Assembly (NCBI GenBank): GCA_001643675.2
Contig: LSRY02000034.1
Span: 372,001 to 436,000, forward strand
Direction of reading: 5' to 3'
Length of the DNA stretch: 64,000 bases
Source: Monocercomonoides exilis PA203
Lineage: Eukaryota > Protista > Preaxostyla
Under the pieces are notes generated by a model. That model did not search any database and was not told the origin of the DNA. It saw nothing but the letters and a program-made list of their open reading frames with translations. The position numbers and the translations under genes were made by a program. Positions 1-12,617 of this stretch are shown piece by piece. Each line of letters starts with the position of its first letter. The stretch's first letter is position 1.

Positions 1-699
1 GACAGTGCTTGCACGCGTGCACTGTGGTTGGTTTGTTTCGTTTTTTATCTTTATGCATTTTTTTAACATTAAATTTTTCATCGAAAATTTCAGGTTTTTG
101 TTGTGTAGTTAAATTCACAAAGCTAAGTTTGACATGATGAAGACAAAGAAAAGCAAATAACAATACGATAACGCTGTTTGAAAGAAAGAGAATTGCTGTA
201 TATAGTGAAAAATGAGAGATTAATGAGAGAAAAAATTTTTCCAAATGTTACAAAGTCAACAGCACTCTGGCAAAATTTTGATTTTTTTATACTTCATAAA
301 AGCGACAATTTGACGTGAAGATCAAGATGTGTGATTTTTTGGTTATAGAATTTTTTAACTTTTTTTTTTAATTTCAGTTTTCTTCCGTTCTGGAATAAAT
401 TTTTTGTTGATATCGAAACAAAACAATTTATAGACAATAGATCCGTTGACATATGTATGTTTTTTTTGATTCTTTTCATGATTGATTTGAAAATCGTTGA
501 ATCTTATTCTCACAAGAAAAATCTTTTTATTCAGAATAACATTCACATAGCCTTTCAAATTTTTATATTATTTTTATCAATTACAGCAATTGAAATCATG
601 CTTGTGAAAATGTGAGAAGAAAAACTTTTTTCTTGTGAACGAAATTGATCCTTGAAAGTGCTTATTTTCTCATGTGAGTTATTCATGAAGGATATTACA

Positions 700-1140
700 A
701 GAAAGGCTGTGTCTCACAAATCCAGAGAAGGAGAAAGGATAAGGAAAGACAGTTCAGAACCCCATGCTTTTGGCAGTTGTGCCTTTTCCAGCCTATAAAT
801 GAAACTGGATAAACCATAAAAATACATATTCAAAGTTAAGCTTTCTTATAATATATTTTTATGCATTGTTCAACTTTTGTATTTTGTATATGATCACAAC
901 TGTCATTTGAAGAAATTAGTTTGAATCTCAAACGAAATCTGTTGTTGTGAATTTTGGTAGAAAAAAATCCAGAAGGAAAAAAAAAAAGCATATCAACAAA
1001 GTGAATGAATGTAAACAAATATCACAATGTCAGAACAAATAAATTTCAGTTCAAGTGAAGAAAAAGAGAAAATAAAGATGAAGGTTTATACTGTCTTTTT
1101 CATTTGTTTGTAATAATTTTTTTTGATATTCTTAAATTTC
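700..1140 (+). pseudogene. Possible KDZ (Kyakuja-Dileera-Zisupton)-type transposase relic
   Basis: One stop-riddled frame reads FVYDHNCHLKK (883-915) and then NITMSEQIN (1018-1044), resembling the YDxxC and NTxxxEQxN motifs of KDZ transposases. RTPC lies upstream near 757. Confidence 0.35.
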
Positions 1141-1872
1141 GAACATAGCAAACAAGCCATTTTCACGGGAAATTTCTTCAGAAAATGATACAGATACCAT
1201 TCCTGGGATTGGGAGTGATATTCGTTTTTCTAATTATTTTATATGAAAATGAATTTTTCAAAATCAAAACTTTCCTAACATTGAATTAAAAACAAAAAGG
1301 TTGAAAGTTTACACGGTTTGGATGGATTCATAAGGAGAGAAGAAGTTTGTAAATGTTTGATGAATCTTCTTCCAGAACTCTTCCTTCCTTTGAAAAATCA
1401 CATACCAAAAAGAAATGAATTTCAACTGAAGAATATTTTCACATCTCAAAGAATTAACTGCCTTTCAATATCAAAACGAACGAGTGTATTCGAGAAAAGT
1501 CTTTATTCCGTTTTAACACCAAAAATCATTGGAAAATATGATTCGACTTTTTTGAAAAAAAAAGAAATCCAAAGATAAAATGAAAAAGTGAATAATATAA
1601 TAGGAAAAAGGAAAGAAACAAATAATGGAAGATAACACTTCAATCTCAAATTCAGAAAACTCTGACATTTTGAATGAAAGCGATGAGAGAAGTAATGATA
1701 TTCCCGAAGAAGAAGAAACAGACAATGAATATGATGAGGAGTTGAAAGATTATGATGAAAAAGTGGTAAAAAAAAACCTCGAAAATATCTGTGTTCCAAA
1801 AGAAATGCAAAAAGAAAATGACAGTTTTGTATATTTATTAATTGAAAATATAAAAGCATCCAATGATTTATA

Positions 1873-3104
1873 TGGGTGATTTTTTTTGAAATCATAACTT
1901 TTTTCGGGGTGTTGATTTTATAGAAATTTCATTGTTATTTGCTTAATAATTTCAAATAAATTTTGAATGTTTTCATATCGTTTCAAAAGCCAAAATATGA
2001 TTTGAAAAAAATAGAAGAGGCATCACATCACAGCTCTGTCACTTTTCAGGGTTCATTTATGAATTATCATAACAAAAACTCAAACCGAAATTTTTGATAG
2101 AAAATATCTGGTTTCAAAAATAATCACCCATTTTTTATTTTTTTATTTTTATTTTAATGAATGAATCTTAAGTTTTTTTGTTTATTTTTTAGATCAAAGA
2201 CTTGCCCATATTTCAACGAGATTTTTGTTTTGAGTGCATTGAGTTATATCATTGTTTATAAATTTAACTTCTTTATAATTTTGGTTATTTTTCATTGTTT
2301 AACACTTCATTTTTTTATTGTTTTTTCCATTGCACGATTTTTTGACAAAATTATAAAAAAGTGTGAATTTTTTGTTGTTATGTTTTCATAAGTCGAAAAA
2401 TAGTTTTAAAACTGATTGAAATAATCATCACAAAAATTTTGTAATTAAAGAATGTGATTTGAAGCAAAAAACACAAGAATTCACAAAAACAAGATTTTTT
2501 TAAATAAATACACGATTACAAAAAAGTGAAGATATTTCTCTTTTTGAATACCTATATGTGTTAACAATGTTTAAATTGGAACTTCAAAAATAACGATATA
2601 TCTTGTTTAAACACATGAATTCTTTATTTTGTCAAAAAATCGTGCAATGGAAAAAACAATAAAAAAATGAAGTGTTAAACAATGAAAAATAACCAAAATT
2701 ATAAAGAAGTTAAATTTATAAACAATGATATAACTCAATGCACTCAAAACAAAAATCTCGTTGAAATATGGGCAAGTCTTTGATCTAAAAAATAAACAAA
2801 AAAACTTAAGATTCATTCATTAAAATAAAAATAAAAAAATAAAAAATGGGTGATTATTTTTGAAACCAGATATTTTCTATCAAAAATTTCGGTTTGAGTT
2901 TTTGTTATGATAATTCATAAATGAACCCTGAAAAGTGACAGAGCTGTGATGTGATGCCTCTTCTATTTTTTTCAAATCATATTTTGGCTTTTGAAACGAT
3001 ATGAAAACATTCAAAATTTATTTGAAATTATTAAGCAAATAACAATGAAATTTCTATAAAATCAACACCCCGAAAAAAGTTATGATTTCAAAAAAAATCA
3101 CCCA
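1873..3104. repeat. Foldback 1: perfect ~479-bp inverted arms (1873-2351 / 2626-3104) with a 274-bp spacer
   Basis: The arms are reverse complements (ORFs 2161+ and 2607- encode the same peptide). The outer 256 bp of each arm is a GGGTGATT..AATCACCC MITE (1874-2129; 2848-3103). Confidence 0.95.
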
Positions 3105-3604
3105 AATATTTTCAGGATTAACATATATTAACATTTTGAAGGTTTCCTGTTATTTCATTTTATTCCAAAAGTGCTCTGGAGAGCCAGAAAATTCAGTTCC
3201 CTATTAATTTTATGCGCATAGATAAATGACTGACACCATTGAATTTGAAATTTGGAAGTTGTCCCACCATTTAATGAATTCGGTCATTTTGATATAAACT
3301 CAATTTTGAAAAATCAGAGGTATCAGATGTGTTTCTGAACGATGCAATGTTACTCTACGCAGTTATGCAGATTAGCTATTCACGAACTTTAACGTCATCT
3401 AAGGAAATTTTCATTCTGATCGCAATTATTCGAAGCATTTTTCAATCGAAATAAATAATGTGAAAATGGTTTATATTTTCTAAAAATGCAATGTTCATTT
3501 GCAAAAAATACTTTTGCATTAATTGCACATATGTTTTTTAACAACTCAATAATATTCAAAAACAATAAAAACTTAACATTTTTCTTAAAATGTGTGAAAT
3601 TGAG

Positions 3605-3950
3605 AATCTCGATCACAAAAGTGGTTACTAATTTTTTTTGTTGATTTTACAACAAACAGACATTGAAAGATGTGGGGAAGCTGTCTGCGTGGAAATCAGA
3701 GAAAAAATAAGTGAATAATTTTGTGATTGCCAGTCATTTCAATTTTCAGTTTAATAATAGTTCCGATCGTTCAACGGATCAAATCTGATGAGAACCTTAA
3801 TAAAAGTGTTTTACCAAATGACTGGCGATCACAAAAGTGGTCACTAATTATTTCTCAGATTTCCACGCAGACAGCTTCCCCACATCTTTTTATGTCTGTT
3901 TGTTGCAAAATCTGAAGAAAAATATAGTGACCACTTTTGTGATCGAGATT
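3605..3950. mobile_element. Palindromic MITE-like element with ~135-bp imperfect TIRs
   Basis: AATCTCGATCACAAAAGTGG..AGATGTGGGGAAGCTGTCTGCGTGGAAATC pairs with GATTTCCACGCAGACAGCTTCCCCACATCT..CCACTTTTGTGATCGAGATT. Confidence 0.8.
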
Positions 3951-4870
3951 ATGAATTACTCTTGTTTCCATGATATATTAGCTATTTGTTGAATTTTTTC
4001 ATGATTTTAATAATTTTTTGTGACATTATCGAATTATGCGAAAAATTGCTGAATATTGATTGATAAATATATTTTTTTTAAGTGCTTTGATTTCCTTTTT
4101 CGATAAAGAGTGGAAAATTATTAAAGTGAATTTAAAAAAAATATGTTCAAAAATAACAATTGTTTATTAATTAAAATGGCAAGAAAAACAAAAAGTGATT
4201 TTAAATATTAATCATGAAAAAAATTGAAAATAGTTAGAAATTTTTTAATCAGATTCTGAAGTTTTCAATAAAACATCATGCGATTTCATAATCAACAAAC
4301 ATTCACCAAATATCAACTAAATATCAACAATTTTGAACAATGAAAAATATAAGAAGAAATAGCACTATTTCAACAAATTCATGGTTTCAAAGACAATTCC
4401 TAACAAAAAAGAATACTTATACAAAAAGTTCAAAAACTAACTTGTCCATTTTCACACTATTTTCAATCCACTCTTCACTTTCTGATATTTCTCTAACTTT
4501 GACTCAAAAAGATCAAATCCAACAAAGAAAAAAGACAGACACAATGATAAAACATCACTTCACACTCTAAACAACTCTCCCTTCCAAAAACCTTTCCCAA
4601 AGATCAGTGATAAACCACAAGACTTTCATCATTAATGAATCTCGATTAATACAAATATAAGCGGGACAATAACCAATTTTATTACAGGGACATTATAGGG
4701 ATAAAAAGCACAAGAAAGAAATTGGATTCAAACTGTTGTGCATCTGGGAGGCTGTTCGTCGTATCCAGGTCCGGATAAAGCAGCCCGAAGGCTGCAATAT
4801 CTAATGCGAACAGTCATGTACAGCACCCTTCCGATAGAGTGCCAGCTGAGCATGCACAACAACTCGTTTC

Positions 4871-7800
4871 TTAAAAAGGAACACCATTAATACAATTTTG
4901 AGATTCATTTAAAGATGAAGAGTCAAGAAGAAGATCAAATCTTCTTGAAAGAAGATCTTGAGAAGATTGAGAAAGAAGAGAAGAGTTAGATGATGTGATA
5001 TCAGAGTGAAATGACTTTCTTGAACGTTGAACTTTTTCTTTCATTGTTGAAGATTCGAGTTCAACCAGAGAGCGTTGAGGAAGATATCCAACAGCAGATG
5101 CGCAGACAAATGAGCCCTTGCGCTCAAAGAATAAGTAGTCCTTCATGTGAGGGACTGACAAAGATGTCCATGAAATTTGCTGAGATGGTACATACTCTTC
5201 AAAGTACCTCTCATGCTCAAAGTTATTGACAGATGTCGAAGATGGTGAAAAGTTTAATAATGATTTTGAGAAGTTGTTCGATTGTGAAGTTGAAGAAGCT
5301 GATGTCGAAGTGTTCATATTGTTTTCGAAGAAGTCGATTAAGTCATGAAGTGTGGTGATGTGTTTTGTTGAAAGATTGTTGTCGATTGCATTCACTAACG
5401 CACCAAATTCACTATCACAAATATTTTTTCCATGATGCTCAGCAAAGAAATGAGTTGTGTATTTTTCTTTTTGGAAAGCTTGGATTGTTTTGAGAGGATG
5501 AAGTGAAGAAGGAAGCGATTTCTGTTGTGTGGACCCGAATCGTAGAAGAACTTAAAAGTGTGAGTGTCTGAGAAGAAGTGTCTTTTGATCACAGATTCCA
5601 GTCACTCAATAACAAATCTGTTATCATATGAGAGGCAGTCAGAGAAGAAGTTGAATGTTCGTTTTATTTGTTGATAATTAATTTTTTGAAGAGAGATGAT
5701 TGTGAATTTAGATACTTGTTGATAGTTGAAGAATTCCTGTTGAAGTTGGTTCTTTCTGATGGGGAGTTTCCATTTCTCGTTGAAGTCGAAGACGAAGACT
5801 GCTTCTCCCTCTTTCAGATTGTCGACAGAAGATTGATAATGTTTTCGTTGCATTTCTGCAACAAGTCGATGTTGACGAAGTAATTAAAGTGTATAAAACT
5901 CTGCTTCAGACAGTCCATTTTTGTTTTGAGAAGATTAAAGTTTGTTCTCGAGATAGTCCAACTTCTCACACATTCCACAAAGGTTTGTGCGCCTTTTTGC
6001 TTTGGAGAAGTTGGTTGTGAGTTTGTGGAAATGTGACAGAGAAACTTTGATGTTTGTTTCATCTGTAAACTCTTTCCATAATTTCGTCTTGGGCTTGAAG
6101 ATTAATCTCTTTTCATTGGGAAAAAAGATGCCCGTTTTCTTTCTTCTTTCTTTAAGTACTTCCAATCCACAGTTTGATGATATTGATGAAGAGAGTGGTG
6201 GAATGGAAGTTGAATATTGAGGAGGTTTGATGAATAAAGATAACGTTGCTGTTGTTGTTGTTGTTGATGTGTTATTTAAACAATTGAAATTTGATGTTTC
6301 TGAAGAAAAAGAAGAAGAACCACCAAATTGAATAGTCGAAAATGTTGGCTTTTCTTTTTCTTTTGCATAGAAAGAAAGTGAAGGAATGCAACCCTGGGAG
6401 TAAAGATCTTTCCATGATGAATTCCAATTATCATTATCAAATTCGGTCATATCAGCATCATTGCAAACATTCCATTTGATATCATGTCCACTCTTCCTTT
6501 TCACAACTGCAATGAAATGCCCATTTTGTTGATCCATGCGCTGTAAAAGAATTTGTCCAACAAGATGATATATGATGATTTCCTTACTGTTCTTTTGGAG
6601 ATGTTGAATACTTTCTGTTGAAAACCCTTTGCAGAACGAACGCTGGTTAGCACGATCAGTTTCAATCAGAAGCGTTCTCGAAGGTGCAGAATTAGCAGAA
6701 TCAGTGCATTCCTGACAGAGGGCCAGCACCTCTGGAAATGCAGCCATTTCCTCCCATCTCGCAGCACAGCATTTCTCTTTGCAATCATTGCAATAGACAG
6801 CATTTTTTCCGTTCAATATCTCAGTTGAAAAAATAGAAGATAGACATTTATGAAGAGAGGATGAATTAATGATAACATAACTGCAGGCTTCATTGAAATG
6901 ATAAGAAACTTTTTGACATTTTTGACATTTGAAAAGAGAAATGAACACAGGATTGAAGGTATCCTTTTCAAATATCTTATTAATTTGAAGAAGTTGATGA
7001 AGATTTTCAAATGCTTCTATCACATTCTGTTGCTGCCTGCTGCAATAGTTATAATATTCTTCCCATTTGTTGATTAGCGATGAGATCCACGAACGAACTT
7101 CAATTCCATCTTTGGATAGTTGATTGCATGCACTTAAAACACACGAAGATGTGTTCTTTAAAGATGTTTGTTTTTTGAGTAAAATGGCTTTTATGAAATG
7201 ATTGAAGATAAGCATTGAAGAAGAGAGGTTAGATAGCAAGTATTTCCTAAATTTTGCAAGCCTTTCTGAGTATTTGATGAGGCGATTGCAGTGGTTTTGA
7301 CACATGAAGAGGTTGATGGAGAAAATGAACAATTCAAAGGATGAAAATCCATTGTGTTATTATTTGAAATGATATTCGAAGTATTTTCATGATTTGAATT
7401 ATAACAAACATCTGAATGTGTTTTGTGTGAAGATAGAGAAGTGTTGGTCTCATTTGAAAAAGATGAAAGAAGATTTTGAAATGCTTGTGGAGGAAAAAGA
7501 GTCGGTGAAGTGGCATATTCAATTAATTGATCACTCACAAACACATTATCAATTTAAAATGATGAAGAATTTATTTTTTCTTTCAATTATTTTGAAATTG
7601 AAATTTGCTGAAGATGATTTTTGTTTTGTTCTGAATAATTTGTGAATTGGAATTGGAGATGGAGAAGAATGATGTTTGTGATTTGAATTTTTATTTTGAT
7701 TTTTTGTTGAGCCCCTTACTCTCCTTATTGGAGTGTTGATTGTTGCATCAATAGATTGAGAAGGTGAAGAATTTGAAGATGGAGAAAAATTTTCTGAAAC

Positions 7801-8583
7801 GACATTTGATTTTTTGTTTTGTTGAGATGATGTTGAAGAAGAAGAAGATTGTTTTTTCTTTGAAGAAGAATTTTCTGAAATTATTTCTTCATCCCAAGCT
7901 GCTTCGTTTTTATATCTCGTATAGTCCTTCTCAGCTCGCTGCTTCTTCTTTGCAGATTGAAGCGAAGTTGAGGCTTCAGTCGAATGGGCTAACATCCAGT
8001 TGTTGCCCTTTTCCCAGTCCTGTTCATTTAATCCTTAGAAAACAATGAAAATAAATAAAAAAAAATATTTGATAAAAACAAACCACTTTTGCAAGAAGGA
8101 AGATGAGGTTTTTGAGGCTGGACAATGAAGCCTTGGTTTTTCTTCAGAGTTAGTTTCGCGTAACTGAATTTTCCTTCTGTGACATCATATCCATAGTCCT
8201 GCAAATCGGATAATGATGTGTTGCGGGACAGCGCTTGCAGCATTGTTGTCTTAGTGTCCAACGGAGTGTTGTTGTTCACCACAGACATGTCTTCCTGCTG
8301 CTTTTTGTGAAATTCTGCTTTTAAAAAAAAATTAATAATAAACAAATATAAATGAAAAAAACAACAAAGAGAAAAAATATTATTTATAACACAATACAAA
8401 AAAAAAAAAAGCCAAACTATTCAAAGACTTCAGTCAATCATTAATTACTGAAGATGATTGCCTGTAAGTGTAAAACAAATAGGCAAGCAACGAATCCACG
8501 TCATCTCCACCGATGCGCTTTGTTTCTTTCCACAGAATTTTCGATCTAGAATAAAGAGTTGATTGAAGTTAGGAAATATTCAT
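4871..8583 (-). pseudogene. Sola2-like DDD transposase with embedded ubiquitin-specific protease (C19) domain, copy 1 (disrupted)
   Basis: Reverse complement of 53557-57270. USP Cys box GLQNLGNTCY and His box NGHF..WNVCND (about 6361-7262). Transposase motifs TNLCGMC, DFNEKW, YDSGPH, HHGKNICDSEFG. Introns at about 8034-8083 and 8318-8417. Several stops and frameshifts. Confidence 0.8.
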
Positions 8584-8832
8584 TGTTTTTTCTTTTCTGA
8601 ATTAAATATAGAACAAATGATCCTTTTTTTCCTATATAAACACAATTTTTCACAATAGAGAATTCATACTCATGCTGATTTATTTAATCAAAATAATGAA
8701 TTGTTAAATGAATTTGATATCACAATTTTTTTTCTTCTAACAAAAATTAATGAATAAGAGTTTCTCACAAAAACTGATGCAAACAACAAAATAACAAAAA
8801 TTCAGAAAAAACCTATTTTCATTGCATCACAT

Positions 8833-9834
8833 ACACCAAAAATTATTCAAAGTCGAAAAACTTTCAACCAAAGTCGAAAAACTTTCAAACGAAATCGAAA
8901 ATTATTATTCAAAGTCAGAAAACTTTCAAACGAAATCGAAAGTTTTCATTCGAAGTCGAAAAAGTTTCATTCAAAGTTGAAAATTATTATACAAAGTCGA
9001 AATACTTTCAAACGAAATCGAAAAACTTTCAAGCAAAGTCGAAAGTTTGAAAAACTTCAAATTTTTAAAAAGTGACAAAAATCAATAATAGTCTAAAAAA
9101 CATTGTCATTTTAGAAATACTAATGATATTTGTTATTTTAATGACTTTTTATCTTTTTTCCCGATATAATTCTTTGCTTTCTTTTGTTCAATTGCATAAT
9201 AAAAATTAAGAAAGAAATTCTGACATATTTTTTTCTCATTTCAATTGAAAGCACTCTTCTTCACAGAAAATTTTTCATAGATATTTTTTATTTTTTTTCC
9301 AAATTTTGGAAAAATGAAGAATACAGTATTGGCTCTCTTATTTCGTGTTTTTTCATCACAAGCGACTCATTTCTTATTGAAGGAAACAAATGTTCTTAGT
9401 TATGTTAATATTTTATTTTTGAGTTTATTTTGATTCTTAATCCTCATATTTTGCAGAAATCAACAACACACACATTGCTGATAATATTCACAAAAACAAA
9501 AGAACAAAGATCCACTTCAATTGAATTTTCAATATTAATCGTTCATTTTTTTGTCTAGGTTTCGACTTTGTTTGAAAGTTTTTCGATTTCGTTTGCAACT
9601 TTTTCGACTTTGATTGAAACTTTTTCGACTTCGAATGAAAGTTTTCGACTTTGAATAATAATTTTCGATTTCGTTTGCAACTTTTTCGACTTTGATTGAA
9701 ACTTTTTCGACTTCGAATGAAACTTTTTCGACTTCGAATGAAAGTTTTCTGACTTTGAATAATAATTTTCGATTTCGTTTGAAAGTTTTTCGACTTTGGT
9801 TGAAAGTTTTTCGACTTTGAATAATTTTTGGTGT
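8833..9834. mobile_element. Non-autonomous TIR element, TA|CACC..GGTG|TA, with TIRs built from 21-bp tandem units
   Basis: TACACCAAAAATTATTCAAAGTCG at 8832 pairs with CGACTTTGAATAATTTTTGGTGTA ending at 9835 (boundary +/-1 bp). Arrays of AAAGTCGAAAAACTTTCAA(C/A)C-like 21-mers at about 8848-9050 and, inverted, about 9560-9820. Confidence 0.8.
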
Positions 9835-9999
9835 ATAATTGAAGAATCAAAAAATTTTATTGCATTTTTATCGTTATGGTCTCTATACATGGTTATTTGC
9901 AAAAACTATTTTTTTTTTCCATAAAAAATTTCAAAGACGCTTTTTGATGTGAGGTATTTCTTTATTTGAATAATTCAAACGTTTTATAACCACATAATA

Positions 10000-10639
10000 C
10001 ATCAAAAATAATTCAAAATAGAAAAATATCCAAAGTCAAAAGTTCGAGAAACTTCAAATCTTCTAAAAATCAACAATAATATATAAAAGTCAATAAACAT
10101 TCTAATTGTTGAAATATCAAAGATATTTGCTATTTTATAGATTTTTCATCTCTTTTCAGATATTTTTATGTGCTCCCTCATAAAAAATGCAAAATTTTTT
10201 TAAGTGTGAGAGGAATTCCAAAACTATTTAATCTTATTTTAATTGAAAGCTTGCTTCTTCACAGAAAATATTCCAAAGAAAATTTGTGTTTTAACCTATT
10301 TTTTGAAGAATTATGTATTCAGAATTGGCTCTCTTTTTTCTTGTTGTTATTTTAAAAATACTCATTTATTTTGAATAAAACAAATGTTTCAAGTTTTGTT
10401 TCGAGTTTGTTTTAAAGTTTATTATGGTTCGAAATTTTCTCAACACAGAGAAAATAACAACACAAACATTACGATCAATATTTTTTTTAAAAATTTTTTT
10501 ATTATATTTACTTGTATTTTTTTATCAACTGTTTTCTTTTGAACAAAAATTTTGATTCCGAATGAAAGTTTTTCAATTTCGTTTGACAGTTTGACGCTTT
10601 TGTCTCTAATTTTTTCGATCCTGTTTAATTTTTTGTGTG
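10000..10639. mobile_element. Older, degenerate copy of the 8833-9834 family
   Basis: Starts TACATCAAAAATAATTCAAA. The interior is similar to 9040-9500 (for example AATTGAAAGC..CTTCTTCACAGAAAAT, CAACACAC). Remnant 21-mers lie near 10560-10620. Confidence 0.6.
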
Positions 10640-11132
10640 TCAATTGATATTCGTAACCCAAAAAGTTTTATAGAAAACAACATTTGCGAATTTTTGAACA
10701 AAACAATTTTTTTGTTCAATAATTGGATATCAAAAACAACTTGAGTTCAAACTCTTCACAATCAAGAGATTCCTTTTCCAAATATTTTAACATTGATTTT
10801 TCAACATATTCCTGATGTATTATAAAATTATGAAACGATTTTGTAACAAAGTTCAATATCCATTAAGCTGGAAATTTTTTTATCGAATGAGGACTTTTAT
10901 CCATCCAGAGTTTTATGAGGGGATGATTATTTGGCTTTCATTACACTGGTGATGGAAAACGTTAACGTGCAAAATGTTTTGTGGAAAGATTTGAAGTTAT
11001 TCACAATGGAAGATAAAAAAAAACACATTTATTTTATTCATTTTCTTTTATGACTTTTCAAATATCTTATGATATATGCATGTGTTTTTTTTCTTAGAAA
11101 AAATATGTTTTGCTTTTCAAAAATGAATTTTG

Positions 11133-12617
11133 GGTAAGTGGGCAGATAGCGACCGGTAAAAAGTGAGTGTTTTTCGTTTGTTTTTTCATGGATAAGAAAC
11201 ACAGACAAATGAAGAACATGATTAAACTTTGTTTTTTTGATAATAAAGTGCAAAAAAAATTGATTGAATTCAATGTTTCAAAAAAAAATTATTGCTAAGA
11301 TCAGTTATTTTTCATGAAAATTCTGCATATTCCGATGCAGATTCACCATCGCCAGCTCCATATATGTCACTTTCAGTTGATGAAACAAGATCATCAACTA
11401 ATGGAGTCAATGATTCGTCTTCACTTTCTGATTCATTTGAATCACTATCATCGCTATCTTCTTCTTTTGGTGCAGTAAATATAATTTTTTTGACAAAATC
11501 AATGAAGGAGTATTTTCGTGAGGAATGGAACATGTAACTTGCAATGTAGTCATCAATAAACTTATTGTTAACTCCTGTTTTTGGTAAATATTGGCGAAAT
11601 CTGGACCATAATCCTTCTATTCCGTTCGTGCAGACCCCAGAAAGAGGATTCTTGAATTTATATTTATGGCAAACCGATAAATGTGAATAATTGTATTCTG
11701 ATAAGCAATTATACGCACGTTATTCGTCACTGTAAATCATTGTCTTGGGTTTTATATTTGCTTGGATGATGGGAAGCAAGGTGTCTTTTTTTCTATTTTT
11801 GACCCTAACAATAAAGAATCTTCCTCCACATTTTTCGCTTTTTCTTTCAATACCTCCGAAAAGCCATATTTTTGATTTTTTTCGACCCTTGTGGAATTTT
11901 CTCCTTCTCAGGATAGCCTCGTCAATTTCTACAATTTCACCATCACCTCCAATTGGTTGAAAATTCTGAAATGTGATTGTCGAAGAAATTGAACGACATT
12001 GAGAATACCAGAAACTGACGGTTTTTCTGTTGATGTCAAGGAGAATACTTGTTTGAGTGATATTCAATTTCAAACAATAATACAAAATGATTCTGAGCAG
12101 CTTGTTCAATGGTATTTTCGTGTTAAAGAATGACGTATTTTCAAATAAACTGATCGATTTATCGCATTTTGCACATCTATATTGTTTTCTTGTTTCTGAT
12201 CTTGAATAAATGTACATTTTATTAAAACATCTCGGGCATTTTTTTTTGCCGACGTTCAGCACATTCTTGATGAGCCAATCAAATGAACATGAAACACAAG
12301 AAAATTTATCATTCAAATCTGCAATATCCTTTCTCGAATCGTTGATACTTGTTGAAATTGTACAGAAATCAATCAATTAATCATTTATTTAATTTTGTTA
12401 TATATTATATTCAAATTTAATTGTTAACAATTTGTGCACAAATTTATTATTTTATTAATGGGAAAATTGAGTTTTTATTGATTTTTGTCATTTATTTTCA
12501 ACAATTAAATATCAAAAAAACTCATTGAACGAAATCATTATATCATATTGTGTTCAAATAAATTATTTAATTTGGCAAAATAACAAAAAAATACCGGTCG
12601 CTATGTACCCTCTTACC
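11133..12617 (-). mobile_element. Merlin (IS1016/IS1595-related) DNA transposon
   Basis: TIRs GGTAAGTGGGCAGATAGCGACCGGTA / TACCGGTCGCTATGTACCCTCTTACC. Perfect 8-bp TSD GAATTTTG (11125-11132, 12618-12625). Confidence 0.93.
11312..12376 (-). pseudogene. Merlin/ISXO2-type DDE transposase with one in-frame stop
   Basis: Zn ribbon CPRC..CAKC, HTH, IVEIDE, WLFGG, YSDE*RAY, HKYKF..TNGIEGLW and an acidic tail, all in one frame. The TAA at 11720-11722 sits at the conserved Trp of SDEW. Confidence 0.9.

Noticed and set aside
2161-2816. Four copies of a hydrophobic 69-76 aa ORF (also 34714 and 35160) as a small membrane protein or toxin
   Set aside because: These are T-rich inverted-repeat arms, the C-termini differ where the IR ends, and there is no coding signature.
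5935-7544. USP ORF as an ordinary host deubiquitinase gene
   Set aside because: It is flanked on both sides by transposase-like sequence in continuous frame and is duplicated together with it.
8848-9820. 21-bp repeats as a CRISPR array, or ORFs 9488-9850 and 9555-9902 as repeat proteins
   Set aside because: The units are contiguous with no unique spacers, they form inverted arms of a TIR element, and there are no cas genes. The 7-aa periodic ORFs are a by-product.
11720-11722. Alternative genetic code (stop read as Trp or Gln)
   Set aside because: TAA, TAG and TGA all occur at Trp positions, TGG is used normally, the two Sola copies are polymorphic TGG/TGA, and frameshifts co-occur. This fits decay, not recoding.
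11312-12376. Bacterial IS1595/IS630 elements implying a prokaryotic source
   Set aside because: Introns, DIRS/pogo/Sola elements, microsatellites and the absence of operonic genes indicate the eukaryotic Merlin and Tc1 counterparts.
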